Source: Octopus sinensis (taxonomy: Eukaryota). From it: a stretch of DNA of 64,000 nucleotides. The stretch spans positions 5,332,001-5,396,000 of the forward strand of contig NC_043004.1 in NCBI RefSeq assembly GCF_006345805.1, read 5' to 3'. Positions 13,321 through 27,287 of the stretch are shown here, piece by piece. The notes below the pieces were generated by a model. It worked only from the letters and a program-made list of their open reading frames with translations. It was not told where the DNA came from and did no database searches. Position numbers and translations under genes: made by a program. Within the stretch, counting starts at the first letter, position 1. Every line of letters begins with the position of its first letter.

Positions 13321-14155
13321 TGTTTTCGACGATAGCCCTGGGCCAACAAATGTTATGTGAGTGAATTTGGTTGACTGTAACTACAAGAAACCCATTGGTA
13401 AATGATGACGATAATGTTGATATTAACTCTTCATCATCATCATCATTTAACATTCGCTTTCTATGCTAGCATGGGTTGGATGATTTGACTTGAGGACTGG
13501 CGAACCAGATGGCTGCACCAGGCTCCAGTCTGATCTGGCAGAGTTTCTACAGCTGGATGCCCTTCCTAATGCTAACCACTCAGAGAGTGTAGCTACTAAT
13601 TTCAATTAATTAATTTTTCAAACATTAAAGCAAGAGACCATTAAGCAGGGTGTTGCTATCATCATCATCATCATGTCTGCTTTTTCCATGCCACAATGGA
13701 AAAAAGATTTGAGGTACTGTTGTTCAGCTGGACATCCTTCCTGATGCCAACCATTTCATGTTTTCAGTTAAATACTTTGTTTCAATGGCTTTCAGATGTT
13801 TTTACTTATGGAGGACATAAGTGACATCTCTGTCATCTCTGTCTAAGCAGCCTCAATGAAAAGACACACACGCACACACTCTCTCTCTTTCTCTCTCACT
13901 TTTGAAGCTACACAGCCATGCTTGTTGTCCAACATATAATGATTCATCATTTAACATTCACTTTTCCATGCTTGCGTGAGTCAGATGAGAATTGTTTGGG
14001 TGGATTTTCTATGACTAATCCTCACTTGCCAACCCTCAATTGTTTCCAAGCAAACTTGTATTTCCTATGGCCAGACATGTTTTCACAGAAGACAGAAAAC
14101 AATCATTACATGCGCGACAATAATGCTCATTTATAACCACTATGTCAAGACAAGG

Positions 14156-14189
<34 letters not shown>

Positions 14190-14394
14190 ATGTATATTGA
14201 ACTGAATTCTTTCATGTTTTGCTCTACCATGCAAAGGGCTTTGGTCCATCTGGGGCTATAGCGGAAGACAGCTTCCCAAGTTGCTGTCCTGTAGAACTGA
14301 ACCCAAGTCCTCGTGTATGGGAAGCAAGTGCCTTAATCACACACCCATGCTTGTATCTAAATGTGGGTGTATATATTTATGTGTGAGTGTGTGT

Positions 14395-14518
14395 GAATGT
14401 GGCCAGACCCCCTTAGAGTGTGTGAATTTAAGGGCCAAAACACTTGCCTGAGGGGAGTTGCTTCTCTGAAGACCTTCTGCTGTTCAGCTGTCTTGAGAGA
14501 GAGAGTTTCTTATCACTA
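14395..14518 (+). repeat. Unclassified repeat of about 120 bp; second copy at 15838-15953
   Basis: GGCC..CCCCTTAGAGTGTG.GAATTTAAGGGCCAAAACACTTGCCTGA...TTTCTTATCACT shared. Confidence 0.7.
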
Positions 14519-14804
14519 TGTGTGTGTGTGTATATATATATATATAAATGTATGTATATTTTTTTTAAAGCGTACAAGTAAGGAAAAAAATAAATAGTTA
14601 CCAGGGTAGCAAAAATTCACATATATAATTAAAAAGTAATGCCATAATACATTATGGAGGATATATCATAAACAATAATTATTTATGAATATATCGATGG
14701 CCAAACATGTTATCATAAAATATATAGAAGCAAAACGTTTATAATTTTGAACAAGTCACAATTATAACTAAGAGAGTTTTAAAAACCCTTACACGTATTA
14801 TATA

Positions 14805-15025
14805 TGAGGGGGTGCTGAAAAGTTCCTGGCTTTGGGTGAAAGAAAATACAGGAGAGTCAGTTAATTATGATTTTACGCATCGTACTCCCCTTTCAGATTC
14901 GCACATTCATTGCAAGGGTATTTCAGTTTTCCTAAGCCCTGTAAAAGAAGTTGGAACGTTGGGCCTCCAACCAGGCTTTTCACAACACCCTTAAAGCCAA
15001 GAACTTTTCAGCAACCACTCACTCG
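14805..15025 (-). mobile_element. Mariner-derived MITE, second copy in opposite orientation
   Basis: Same TIR and internal sequence as 1972-2194, reverse-complemented. Confidence 0.8.
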
Positions 15026-15120
15026 TTTATATGTTTGTGTGTGCATATGTTTGTATGTATTTGCATGTATGCATTCATATCTATAGTCTATCATTATCCT
15101 TTTCTTTTTTCTTTTTACAG

Positions 15121-15365
15121 TGAGGAAGAAAAGGATGGAATTGTTTGTCTGTGGGAAGGATACTATGGAGACATACGACTGCAAACGTTCGACATATTTT
15201 CCAACAAGGTCATCAAGAGAGTATCCCTTGGTTTTGACCATAGTCTTTTCATCAGCCAAGAAGCTGAGGTGTTTGCTTTGGGCAGTAATAGCCATTGTCA
15301 ATTGGGACTCAATGGGTTGACAAAAACCTCAATCACTACCCCACAAATATTGGAAATATTCAATG
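15121..15365 (+). CDS. ALS2: Alsin exon (RCC1 repeats; EEEKDGIVCLWEG...GSNSHCQLGL)
   Basis: ttttacag acceptor, gtgagt donor; RCC1 signature; phase 2 in, phase 1 out. Confidence 0.9.
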
Positions 15366-15668
15366 GTGAGTAATTATTTTTACAGACGTTTATGTATTGA
15401 TTTCATATCCAGGCACAATAAGCTACAGATTTATTTGGAAGAAGGAATCGGATGTGTGTCATTCATGCCTTTCTCGGCAGTGTTAGTGCTATTACATGAG
15501 CACATGGCACGGCTCTGTGGTTAAGAACTTTGCTTTGTAAACATCAGCCAAGTGGTTTCATGTTTGGTGCACAAGTGCTGTAGGTGTGTGTCTTTTACCA
15601 CATCTTTGGGTTGACCAGCATATTCTGAGTGAAACAGATGGAAACTGTGTGGAAACCTCTCATATATA

Positions 15669-16007
15669 CACAGACATCTCAAAAGTAGACAGACACCACC
15701 ATTTTTGAAAGGTCTATTTCTAGAAATAAAATAATGTCATTTAATACATTTAAGTACTTAATCTAGTACTTAATAGACATGCCTTGTGTAGTTTTTTTAT
15801 GTGTCTGCACTGTATGTGTGTGTGTGTGTGCGCATGTGAGTGTGGCCAAGCCCCCTTAGAGTGTGAGAATTTAAGGGCCAAAACACTTGCCTGAACGAGT
15901 TGCTTTTCTAAAGACCTTCTGCTGTTCAGCTGTCTTGAGAGTTTCTTATCACTTATCTGTCTGCACTGTATAATGAGGGACATCTATTTACTTTTGAGAT
16001 GTCTGTG
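15669..16007. mobile_element. Tc1/mariner-type MITE (TIR CACAGACATCTCAAAAGTA)
   Basis: TA...TA flanks; 19-bp perfect TIR; a related copy at 61579-62260 is interrupted by the U6-SINE insertion. Confidence 0.8.
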
Positions 16008-16174
16008 TATATTGTTGAGCAATATATTCCTCATTATGGCATAATGTTACCAATGGTTTCACTCCATCTATTGCATTTGGCAATACTGACAATTTCTCAC
16101 ACATGCTGACCAGAAGCACATGGCCTCTTTTGTGTTGAAGGTAAATATACAGCCCTGGTTCACATGAACTAGAA

Positions 16175-16344
16175 CAGTGGTTCCCAACTTGGGGTCCCGC
16201 AAAGGTAGTACTGGGGGTCTGTGAACTAAATTCAAAATTTCATTCACATATATATATATAAGGATAGGCATATTAAAAGGAGTCCATGGGAGAACACATT
16301 TAAATAAAAGGGTTGGAAACCACTGAAAAGGTTGGGAACCGCTG
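16175..16344. mobile_element. hAT-type MITE with duplicated right TIR
   Basis: CAGTGGTTCCCAAC / GTTGGGAACCGCTG; 8-bp TSD aactagaa/aaccagaa. Confidence 0.8.
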
Positions 16345-16664
16345 AACCAGAATAAAAAAGTGGTGAACACTTAGGATATTTTCTGGGAGGGAAAGAAAAG
16401 CCGTCTCTCATGGAATGATATCAGCTGTGACTGAAGAGTTTCAGGTGTGCATGTGTACTTTTTTGGGTTTTTTTCTCTTTTCTTAAAAAGGAGACAACTA
16501 AATTGCCAAAAGGAATTTTCTTTCAGGAGGACAGCAGTGAAATATTTCGCTTAAAAAAAAAATTATGTGGGTATGCACTTGCACACATACACATGAACAC
16601 ATACAAACACACTATGTTGTTTAGGAAAGCATAACAAATAATATGCATATAATAAATTAATTTG

Positions 16665-16915
16665 TGGAGGCGCGTGGCTTAGTGGTTAGGGTGTTAGCAC
16701 CATGATTGTAAGATTGTGGTTTTGATTCCTGGACCGGGCGACGTGTTGTGTTCTTGAGCAAAACACTTCGCTTCATTTTGCTCCAGTCCACTCAGCTGGC
16801 AAAAATGAGTAACACTGCAATGGACTGGTGTCCCATCCAGCTGGGGAACACATACACCATAGAAACTGGAAAACCGGGCCCATGAGCCTGGCTAGGCTTT
16901 AAAAGGGCACATTTA
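16665..16915 (+). mobile_element. tRNA-headed SINE family C (also 5010, 32010, 44010 on +; 53150, 60095 on -)
   Basis: GGCGCGTGGCTTAGTGGTTAG head; GTGTTCTTGAGCAAAACACTT core. Confidence 0.75.
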
Positions 16916-17045
16916 TATATTTATTTATAATAAATTAATTTACCATGACCTCTTGTAAAAACGTCTGTGTTAAATGTCTTTAAAAACACATTTAATCAGA
17001 CTGGATATCCTTGTGTAACGTAATTTATTGTATTTTCTGTTTCAG

Positions 17046-18824
17046 GAAAGGAGATAACAGAAGTGGCATGTGGAAAACAGTACAGTGCTGCTGTGTCTTC
17101 CTCTGGAGATGTTTTTACTTGGGGTGATTCCACAAAAGACCAGTGTGGTTTGGGACGTTCTGAGATAATTTCTAACCCTGAGCAAGTCACATTTCGTTTG
17201 ACAGAAGATAAATGTAAACATGGGATTCCAATGCCTGAAGAAAAGATCCTGATACGTCAGGTAGCCTGTGGTGAGACCCACACATTGGCTATTTCCTGCA
17301 GGGGTGAGTTATGGGTCTGGGGTAGTGGAATGGGACTTGGATTAGGAGAACAAACAACTTCTCCTGTACCAGAAAGAGTGGAAGATCTTTTAGAATACAA
17401 TGTACTTGATGTCTCATGTGGTCTGTCACATAGTATAGCTTTGGTTGAAAAACAAGGAGCCATTGGTACACCTAAAAAGATGAGTTCTGATATGAGATTC
17501 CACAAGTATTATCCTCCAACATGTGCCAAGTGTAACCAAGAGATCTATAGCTACATTGAAACTAATGATTTGTGTATTATAAGTGATGAACACACTTGCT
17601 GTAAGAAACCTGACAACAAAGCACCGATAACGAGATCTGAATCTTTAAAGAATGAGTCATTATCAAACTCTGCCCCATGTCTAACAAAAGAAACAGACAG
17701 CAGTTCTGCCTATGAATCCTCTCAACTGACATCAGAATCAACTGAACCTTCTGAAATAAATTCTAGCAATGGAATTACAGGTGGCAAAAGTCAATCTTGT
17801 AGCAATATTAATAAACCTTTTGTTTCTTCACAAGAACCTGAAGAAAAACATACTACAGATTTGAAAACTGGAGAAAATCAGTCCCAAAATGGGCAAATTG
17901 TGAACTTAACTACAAAAGATGAAGTCATCCAAACTTCACAATCAGAAGAGAAAAGTGCTTGTGAGACAAAGGCTGCTGATAGTTCTTGTCCTACAAATTC
18001 TGTAGCAGAATGTGATAATAAATTAAAACCTCGACTAACAAATGATGCGATTCAAGCAACTCTGGACAATAACATGGAAAGCGAAGCAAATGGAAATACA
18101 ATTCCAAACACTGCTAATTCTGAAGAATTTCAAGAACATTCTAAGGAAAATAATTCAGTTCAGAAAATCGTTGATTCTTCAGACAACTCAGAGACTCCTG
18201 TGAAAAATTCCGTTGACTCTAAAGGAGATTTGGCTGATGATGCAGATTGCAATAATAGTCACAGTTCACAACCTTCAACAACTGTTAGTATGGAAAATAT
18301 AGTTCAAAAATCTCATATTTTGGATGAAGATGAAGCTCGGGAGTTCCTCGCCAAACAACTCTGCAACCGAGAAGATTCTGATACAGATTTGGGTTGTCAA
18401 CATCCTATTAAAAGTCGGTTGGAAAACTTACTTATTTCAGTTCCAGAAACTTCTGTGGCTGTCGTTCAACAGGTCACTGATTTAACCCATCGGGCAATCA
18501 GCACATTCCGATCATCAGTTGGCAGCATGGCAGATTCCTTTGGTTTTGTCTCTGGTCAGGGTATAGAATTAGATGGTCTTTCAAAGTCTAGCAGCATTGA
18601 TTCCAATTTACAGTCAGACACTGACTCGCCAAACTTATCCCGTCGTGACTCTGTCTTTACATATGATACTTCAGTAAGTGAGGATTTGTGGAGAAGAAGA
18701 TCTGGCAGTACCGATGATATTCTTTTGAGTGAGAGGTCCGATTCACATTCTTCCCTCAGAGCCCTTTGGAGACGATCCAAGAGGCTTGAAAAAGACCGAC
18801 AGACACATAAAAAAGATGAGAAAA
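17046..18824 (+). CDS. ALS2: Alsin 1779-bp exon (RCC1 repeats plus long Ser/Glu/Asn-rich insertion)
   Basis: ttcag acceptor, gtaagt donor at 18825; VACGKQYS, VACGETHTLAIS, CGLSHSIALV motifs; frame joins both neighbours. Confidence 0.93.
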
Positions 18825-19014
18825 GTAAGTCAGAGTTTTACTGTCACTTGTTTCTTAGAATTTTTCCTGTTTTTTTTCACTTATGATTTAGTCAAATCTC
18901 CATTCTTTTTCTTTCTCCTTTATACAGTAATCCCTTGCCATATTGCGGTTCATTATTTAAGCTTACACCCCCATTGTATCTTTTTATCTTATTTAAAGCA
19001 GATACATTTTTAAA

Positions 19015-19495
19015 CAGGGATGGGGAAACTTTTTAGTGTGTTGGGCAAAAATTTCCTAAGCAAAAGAGTTCTAACTCTTATATCTGCGTAAATCTTGTAT
19101 ATATCTATGTATGATTTGATATACATTAATAAAGATAGGTTTAACACAGTAAATTAATGTGTAATATCTTCATTTACGCCATCACTGAATTTAGGACGCT
19201 TATATCACTTATGAGGTATTCTATATTTTTCAGCTAGAGTGTAGTTGGGTCTCAAGGGGGTGGTACAAACCTAGCAATATGTGTTTTCTGCTGAAAACAA
19301 AATTTCCATTCAAATGGCAATTACTGGATGATTTCTGACCATTTTAAATTGTAGTGGAAACGCAACCTATGTCACAAATAGGTATACGAATATTGTATAA
19401 ATTTTGATTGAAAAATTTACTATATTTTGTACATATGAGTATATCAGCCTGTGGACACAATAAAATGGGCTTGCAGGCGCAATTCCCCACCCCTG
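19015..19495. mobile_element. hAT-type MITE
   Basis: CAGGGATGGGGAA / TTCCCCACCCCTG; TSD tttttaaa/ttttaaaa. Confidence 0.7.
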
Positions 19496-20298
19496 TTTTA
19501 AAAGAAAGCCACTTATAGGTGTAAGCTTAGCTGTGTGGTAAGAAGTTTGCTTCCCAGTCACATGGTTCCAATTTCAGTCTCAGCATGGCACCTTGGGTAA
19601 GCGTCTTTTACTAAAGCCTTGGGTTGACGGAAACCTTGTATGTGGATTTAGCAAATGGAAACTGAAAGATGTTCACACGTGTGTGTTTGTGTTTGTCTCC
19701 ACCACCACCACTTGACAACTGGTGTTGATGTATTTACATCCCCGTAACTTAGCAGTCCAGCAAAAGAGACTGATAGAATACCAACTAGACTTTAAAAAAA
19801 AATGTACTGGAGTCAATTCATTTAACTAAAATTCTTCAAGGCAGTGCCCCAGCATGGCCACAGTCTTATGACTGAAACAAGCAAGAGATGACTTGTTTTA
19901 GTTTCTGTTGTTAGCCTCTGTTGACTTACCACATGATTTGCCATGTAGTTTCTGTGCATTACAAACATGTATTTTCATCCCTGAATTTAGAATTTCCTTA
20001 ATTTTTGTCATACTTGTATGATTTGGGAGTTCCAGCTCAGATTATTTGGTCATGTTGCTTGATTTTCTGAGTTAGACCCTGCTTACCATGTTCTCTTCAT
20101 TGAGGATCCAACTGGGTTGTCGGCTCATGTTGGTCAACCACATGCCACATGTTTATGGCAGATGAGGAGGGATCTCACAGCGATGGGGACTGACTAGGAT
20201 TTTGCTCAATGGGCTGCTCCGAGTGAAGGGGAGAGAGATAGTGACATTACACATACAATGTGTTGATGCACACACATAAATAGAGAAAGAAGCAGGGT

Positions 20299-20332
<34 letters not shown>

Positions 20333-20512
20333 GAGATTACACATGCATATAGGTGCAGGAGTGGCTGTGTGGTAAGTAGCTTACTTACAAATCACATGGT
20401 TCCAGGTTCAGTTCCACTGCGTGGAACCTTGGGCAAGTGTCTTCTGCTCTAGCCTTGGGCCAACTAAAGCCTTGCGAGGTGATTTGGTAGATGGAAACTG
20501 AAAGAAGCTCAT

Positions 20513-20568
<56 letters not shown>

Positions 20569-22813
20569 TGTGTGTGTATATATTTATATTTGTGTGCCTG
20601 CGTTTGCCCCCTAACATCATTTGACAACCAATGCTGGTGCGTTTATGTCCCTGTAACTTAGCAGTTCGGTGAAAGAGACCGGTAGAATAAGTACTAGGCT
20701 TACAATGAATAAGTTCTGGGGTTGATTTGCTCGACTAAAGGTGGTGCGCCAGCATGGCTGCAGTCAAATGACTGAAGCAAGTAAAAGAATAAAAGAATAA
20801 AGAGAGATTACACATACATATAGACGGATTTAAATTGAGGGAGATAGTGAGGGAAGGAAGAATGAGGGATACATTAAAAAATCCAATGTTAGTGAGGTCA
20901 GCGTTGAATCAGCATCACTGAATAAGTGGTGCCGAAACAGCTGTACCAAAATGTCTTCAGCCCTGCTTCAGTAACTTGAGTTACAGGAAAATCAAGAATT
21001 TTTTTTTTCTTTTTTCTTAAGAATATCAAAATTGTTGTTTTATTATAGAAAGAAAAAAAAAGAAAAAAGTATAAAAGATCAAATTATCAAGACCCCCCCC
21101 CCCCCCCTCCCCGACACTCACTGCAACAGCCACTCCAGTTTTAAGTTTGAAATTGTGTCAGTTTGTTTGTTTGATATTGAGCATGTTTTTTTTTTGCAAC
21201 AAAAAAAAATTAAAACAAATAAATTAATAAAAAAAATAATAAATGTTTTTACATAAAGCAACAATGGAAATTTTAACGAGTCAAGTTCTCACATTATCAT
21301 TTGTGTAACAATTAAGTTTTCACTTGAGATTTTAATTTAAATATGAAATGAGCAGAGCAGATAAACAACTTGAGACGAGAAGTTGTCTTGAGGAAGTTGT
21401 TATCGAAACAGTTCACAACAACATTATGTCATATCTCACATGCAACATAGCTTCTCGTATTTTAGTAACATTCTGAGTTCATGTCTAACTAAGTGAAAGG
21501 CTTAGATCTAATTCTGTGGTATTAAACAGTCCAGCCTATACCTACATGGAATCCTCTTTATTTAATGTCCATTTTCCATGCTGGTATGGGTTGGATGGTT
21601 TGATAGGAGCTGGGAACCCTGAGAGTTGCATCAGGTTCCAGTTGGCTGTTTTGGCATAGTTTCTGTGGCTGGATTCTCTTCTTAATGACAACAACATCAA
21701 CATCATCATCGTTTAATGTCTGCTTTCCATGCTAGCATTGGTTGGACGATTTGACTGAGAACTGGCGAAACAGATGGCTGCATCAGGCTCCAATCTGATC
21801 TCGCATAGTTTCTACAGCTGGATGCCCTTCCTAATGCCAACCACTCCAAGAGTGTAGTGGGTGCTTTTACGTGCCACTCAGGCAGTACTGGCAGCGGCCA
21901 TGCTCAAATGGTGTTTTTTACATGACACCTGCACAGGAACCAGTCCAGCGGCACTGGCAACAACCTTGCTCAAATGTTTTTTGATCTGCCACTGGCACAA
22001 GTGACAGTAAGGCAACGCTGGTAATGATCACGCTTGAATGGTGCTTTTTACATGCCACCAGCATGGAAGCCAGTTAGCCACTCTGGTAACAATCAGACTA
22101 GGATGGTGCTCTTAGTGCTCCACTAGCATGGATGCCAGTCATCGAATTTGATTTCGATTTCCACTTTACAAAATGTACTTGGTGAGGTACTTTTTATGTG
22201 ACACCAGCACAATTGCTTTTACATGACACCAGCACAGAACACTTTATGTGGAATCAGCACCAGTGGGGGTCACCAAGTAGCTTACAAGGCAGAGATCTCT
22301 CGGAAGGGAGATGATGAGAAACAAATAAGAGTGAGGACTTTCTCTTCACTTGGTTATGGTGCCAGACTATTATAGTCTTCCCTGATAAACAAATCAATAG
22401 TTTATAACAATTGGTTAAATTATTGAATCTCCCCCACCACTGTCCATTCTTCTGTTTCCTATCCTCTCTCTTCCTATCTCTCTCTGCTTTCCTCTCCCTT
22501 TCTCTCTCAATCTTTCTCACTCTCTTTCTCTCATTTCTAATATTTTATGAAAACATATCTGGTCACAGGGAAATATTAATATGGTTGGAAACTGGTAAGA
22601 ATTGGCAATGGGAAGGGCATCCAGCCTTTGAAAATCTGCTTCAGTGAATTCAATCTGATCTACACAAGCATGGAAAAGTGGAGATTAAATGATGATGACG
22701 ATATGAGAAATATGGATCAAGTTATGTTCATTCTATCTGCCACCATATTTTTATACAGAGTTTATTATCAGAAAATTGATTCTACTTTTTTTTTCTCAAT
22801 TTATCTATTCCAG

Positions 22814-22922
22814 GTGTCAGTCAATGTTCCAGTATTGAACCACTGCCTTATTTCGAAACAGAGGTCTGGTGTTGGGGTAAAAACAGCAAAGGCCAACTTG
22901 GGCTTGGAGATGGTATAGAACG
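22814..22922 (+). CDS. ALS2: Alsin exon (ETEVWCWGKNSKGQLGLGDG)
   Basis: AG/GT boundaries, RCC1 motif, phase 1 to 2. Confidence 0.92.
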
Positions 22923-23270
22923 GTAAGTAAATTCATGTGTATGTATGTATGTATGCATGTGTGCTTGCACTTTCTTGTTAATTTAGGGAAGCAATTCAAG
23001 ATCCATGGCTGGCAATGCAAAGCTCTGCTAAACTGCAATGGTTGACTGAGTTTACTAGTAAACAAGGGAACTCGAACATTTTTGCTGTTACTCTTTTACT
23101 TGTTTCAGTCATTTGACTGTGACCATGCTGGAGCACCGCCTTTAGTCGAGCAAATCGACCCCAGGACTTATTCTTTGTAAGCCTAGTACTTATTCTATCA
23201 GTCTATTTTGCCAAACCACTAAGTTACAGGGACGTAAATACACCAGCATCGGTTGTCAAACACAGACACA

Positions 23271-23317
<47 letters not shown>

Positions 23318-23864
23318 CAGGCTTCTTTCAGTTTCCGTCTACCAAATCCACTCACAAGGCTTTGGTCGACCCGAGGCTATAGTAGAAGACACTTGCCCAA
23401 AGTGCCACACAATAGGCCTGAACCCGGAACGATGTAGTTCGTAAGCAAGCTACTTACCACACACCCACTCCAGAACATTATTGTCTAATGACATTGAACC
23501 TCACCTTCTGATTTGATTACAATAAGCCTCTTTCAATATTACCTGCATAATATGCACTTTCTTCTCCAAAATCAAGTTTTAAATTTGGTTACATTCAGTA
23601 CATGAGAATAAGCTGCAAAATTTTCCCCACTTTCATTTATTAACAAATTGCACTATAATTTTATAAAGCTTTATTAATTTTTAGGTTATGTTTGGTATTA
23701 TATATCAGTATCATCATCATCGTTTAACGACTGGGTTGGACAGTTTTGACTGGAGCTGGCAAGCAGATGACTGTGCCAAACTCTACTGTCTGGTTGAATG
23801 CCCTTCTTAATGCCAACCACTTTAAAGAGTGTACTGGGTGCATTTCACATGGCACCAGTGCCAG

Positions 23865-24750
23865 TGAGGTTGAAGCTAGCATGATCCGCTAGATGTGTAA
23901 TGTCAGTGTGCACACATGACAGCGCCCTGAGAGAAATGTTGGACATAAGAAGCATTGGATGTGGCGTGCAAGAGAGACGTTTACATTGGTATAGACATGT
24001 ACTACGGATGGATGAGGAGAGCTGTGTGAAGAAGTGCCACTCCCAAATAGTGGAAGGAATCTGGGATAAAGAGAGACCCAGGAAGATATGGGATGAGGTG
24101 GTGAAACATAACATGCGAACGTTGGGCCTCACAGAGGAAATGATGAAAGACAGAGACCTCTGGAGACATGCTGTGACTGAGAAGACCCGGCAAATAAAGT
24201 GAGCTCACAGCTGTAACCTACACCAGTGTTGCATAACCAGCCAACTCAAAAAGTACCCTTGGATCATAGGGTGACATGCCATGCTTGAGGAGATCTATTG
24301 AGTCAAGTACATCAACATCAAAATGAAATCAAATCACAATGAAATGGAAATTGTAGTTGTGGTCCCTGTGCTGGTGACATGTAAAAAGCACCATCCAAAC
24401 ATGGTCAATGCCAGCCCCATTGCCCTGACTGGCGTCTGTGGTGGTGGCACATAAAAAACACCATCTGAATGTGGCTGATGCCAGCACCGCCTTGACTGGC
24501 TCCCATGCTGGTGGCATGTAAAAAGCACCCTCCGATCATGGTCAATGCCAGCCCCCTCAGGCCCCTGTGCCAGTTGTACGTAAAAAGCACCCACTACACT
24601 CTCGAAGTGGTTGGCGTTAGGAAGGGCATCCAGCTGTAGAAACATTGCCATATCAGACTGGTGCCTGGTGCAGCCTCCTGGCTTTCCAGATCCCAGTCGA
24701 ACTGTCCAACCTATGCCAGCATGGAAAACAGACGTTAAATGATGATGAAA
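23865..24750 (+). mobile_element. 5'-truncated RTE-clade LINE (RT C-terminus 23900-24202, 3' UTR, (GAT)n tail)
   Basis: RRLHWYRHVLRMDEESCVKK...RPRKIWDEVVK...DRDLWR motif, followed by the abundant GGAAGGGCATCCAGC...CATGGAAA...(GAT)n tail. Confidence 0.85.
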
Positions 24751-27190
24751 TGATTAGAGTAGATTATGTACTTTTGGACTATAGTAGACAATTCTTGTAG
24801 CTATTGTGCAACACTCTGTGTTATGGATAGTGTCTTAGACTTTTAAGACAGTTTAGATCCAACAATCAAGATGTGTGTAACACATAGTAACATGGACTTT
24901 TATGGTGACTGTGGTTTTTGATCCAGCTCAGCTATAATCTATGGTAATCCAGACCATCCTCTCTTTTATTCAGACATACTGTATCCGATGGCAATTAAGC
25001 TGTATCAGCCCCTTTGCCTTTCCCTTGGATAACATCGGTGGCATGGAGAGGGGTAGCTGCTATGCATGGATGACTGCTGGTCTTCTATAAACAGACTTGT
25101 GCCTCAGAGGGTAACTTTCTAGGTGCATCCCATTGTTATTCATAACCAAAGGGAGTCTTTACCTCTTTACTGTATTTGATGGTATAAAAGATGCTCGAGT
25201 GTGTTGGATGCACCCCAATTTCAGCAGTATATATTCAGGAAAAACAAAAAGTGTTTAGTTTATTTTAGTATGTAATTTAGGCCCATCTTTGTATATCGGA
25301 TTAGGACTGATTTTTTTTCAAGACATTTTTGGAGGAAAAAGTATGTCTTATGTACCATCATGTATGGCAATTTACAGAGGACTACATTATCTAATGTGTG
25401 TTTCCATTTTAAAGCCAGTTGGGTGTGATTTGAAGGGGATTTGGTTACTATTTATAGCATGTCAAGTGATTTGGTAGGGGCTTGGGCTCCCTTGTTGGCT
25501 ACCAAATTATAGTTTAATTAAAGTTTGCTCAAGTTTGAGAACAAGCTGCAATGCAGACTAAATTCATTATCTTAAGTAGTTTGAAATTAACATAGAAGTA
25601 TCATAAATTTTATTTTCATCTTACTGTCATCAAAACTGGAACCAACTGAATCAACCATGTAGATGGAACCAGTAAAGAAGAGCCTCTATACAAACAAATG
25701 AAAAAAAATCTTTGGAAGTCAATGAGACACACTTCTGCATATTTGTCTGACCTGCAAGAAATCGCAGCTAAATCTGCCTTAAATCATATCCTACTGTTGA
25801 AGAAAAGAAACTGAGACAAAACACATCAGGTGATATAGTTGTTGTAAACACAATGTCTAGAAACACAATATAGTTATAGAAAAATGCTGTCTGAAAAAAT
25901 GATGGGATAGTCACAGCTGGGATATCTTTGATTAGGGTTGACCTGGAACTAAACAAAAGTGACAACAACAGCAACAACAACAGTTTTATAACTTCCTCTT
26001 TTGTGTCTTTGCTTAGTGACTGGGATTCCTCTCTAAAAACAGCTTTTTAGTGAAAATTATGAAATAGTCAGTTTTTTTTTTTATTAAGTGTTATTAAAAT
26101 GGCTTACCTTGTCTATAAATACATGTAAAAAAAAAAAGCTGGGTGTATATTTCTTTTTTTTTTTCTTTTCACAATTGTCATTGAAATAATTCCTTTTTCC
26201 ACCCATATTTATTTTTCAACCAACAAGTCCTACAACAATGTGAAACATTAATTTCATTTGTTTCTCACAGTCATTTGCAGTCTCCTCCCTCCTCAACCCC
26301 CACCCCCACCCAATAGAGGAGAATATGAAAGTGTGATAGTCACTTATCCATCTCTTTAATTATAAAACAAAACAAAAGACAACGAATTTTCCTTTTATTG
26401 CAGTCATAGGTGCAGCTACGGCTGTGCGGTTATGAAGCTTGAATTGCAACCATATGGTTTCAGGTTCAGTCCCACTGCACTGCACCTTAGGCAAGTTTCT
26501 TCTACTATAGCTGCTGATTGACCAATGTTTTCTGAGTGAATTTAGTATACTCTCTCTTTACTCTCTCTCTTTTACTTGTTTCAGTCATTTGACTGTGGCC
26601 ATGCTGGAGCACCACCTTTTCAGTTGAGGGGTCTTGTCTTATGAGTTACTTAGTAACCTGACTAGTGTTGGTGCTGTGTAAAAGGCATCTAGTACATACT
26701 GTAAAGTGGTTGGTGTTGGGAAGGGTATCCAGCCATAGAAACCAAAGATGTTTCTTCCTGACCAATATCTCCAATGTAAACTAATTTCCATAGCGGGAAC
26801 CATTGAAAAGGGGGAGAAAGAGAGACACTATCAACATTGATGTGGTTAGTTATTTTTCACAAGTATTTCAGAATTGCTTCTTCAGAAAATTTCAAGAAAA
26901 TATTTTTATTGTTGTTGTGTAGTTCTAAATCAGCCGTAGCCATTCCATATTTTGTTTCTAGGTGTAGTGTATTGATGGCTAGATTTTTCAACATGCCCTT
27001 TCATTCTTTGTCATTTCTTCAGTGAGAGGTTTCTGGATTTGGGCTGCTATTTCTAACACTTTAAGCAGTCATGTAGAAGCTTCCTCAATAGCTTGTAACA
27101 AATATGTATTTCGAGAAAGTTTTTTTTTAAATGTTTCCTACAAAAAAAAAAAGAAAGAATTTATATCATTCATATATTTTGATTCCTTAG

Positions 27191-27287
27191 TGACAGACCA
27201 CGCTGTGTCAAGACATTGAATTCTAAAAACTGCACCAAAGTGGTTGCTGGTTCTCAACACTCCTTGGCACTCACAGCCTATTCACAG
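27191..27287 (+). CDS. ALS2: Alsin exon (KVVAGSQHSLALTAYSQ)
   Basis: AG/GT boundaries, RCC1 motif, phase 2 to 0. Confidence 0.92.

Noticed and set aside
14395-14518. Repeat with a hairpin followed by CCAAAACAC, as a decayed hammerhead
   Set aside because: No recognisable CUGANGA or variant core in the right position in either copy.
16665-16740. tRNA genes at SINE heads
   Set aside because: A and B boxes are present but there is no complete cloverleaf, and each continues into a SINE body.
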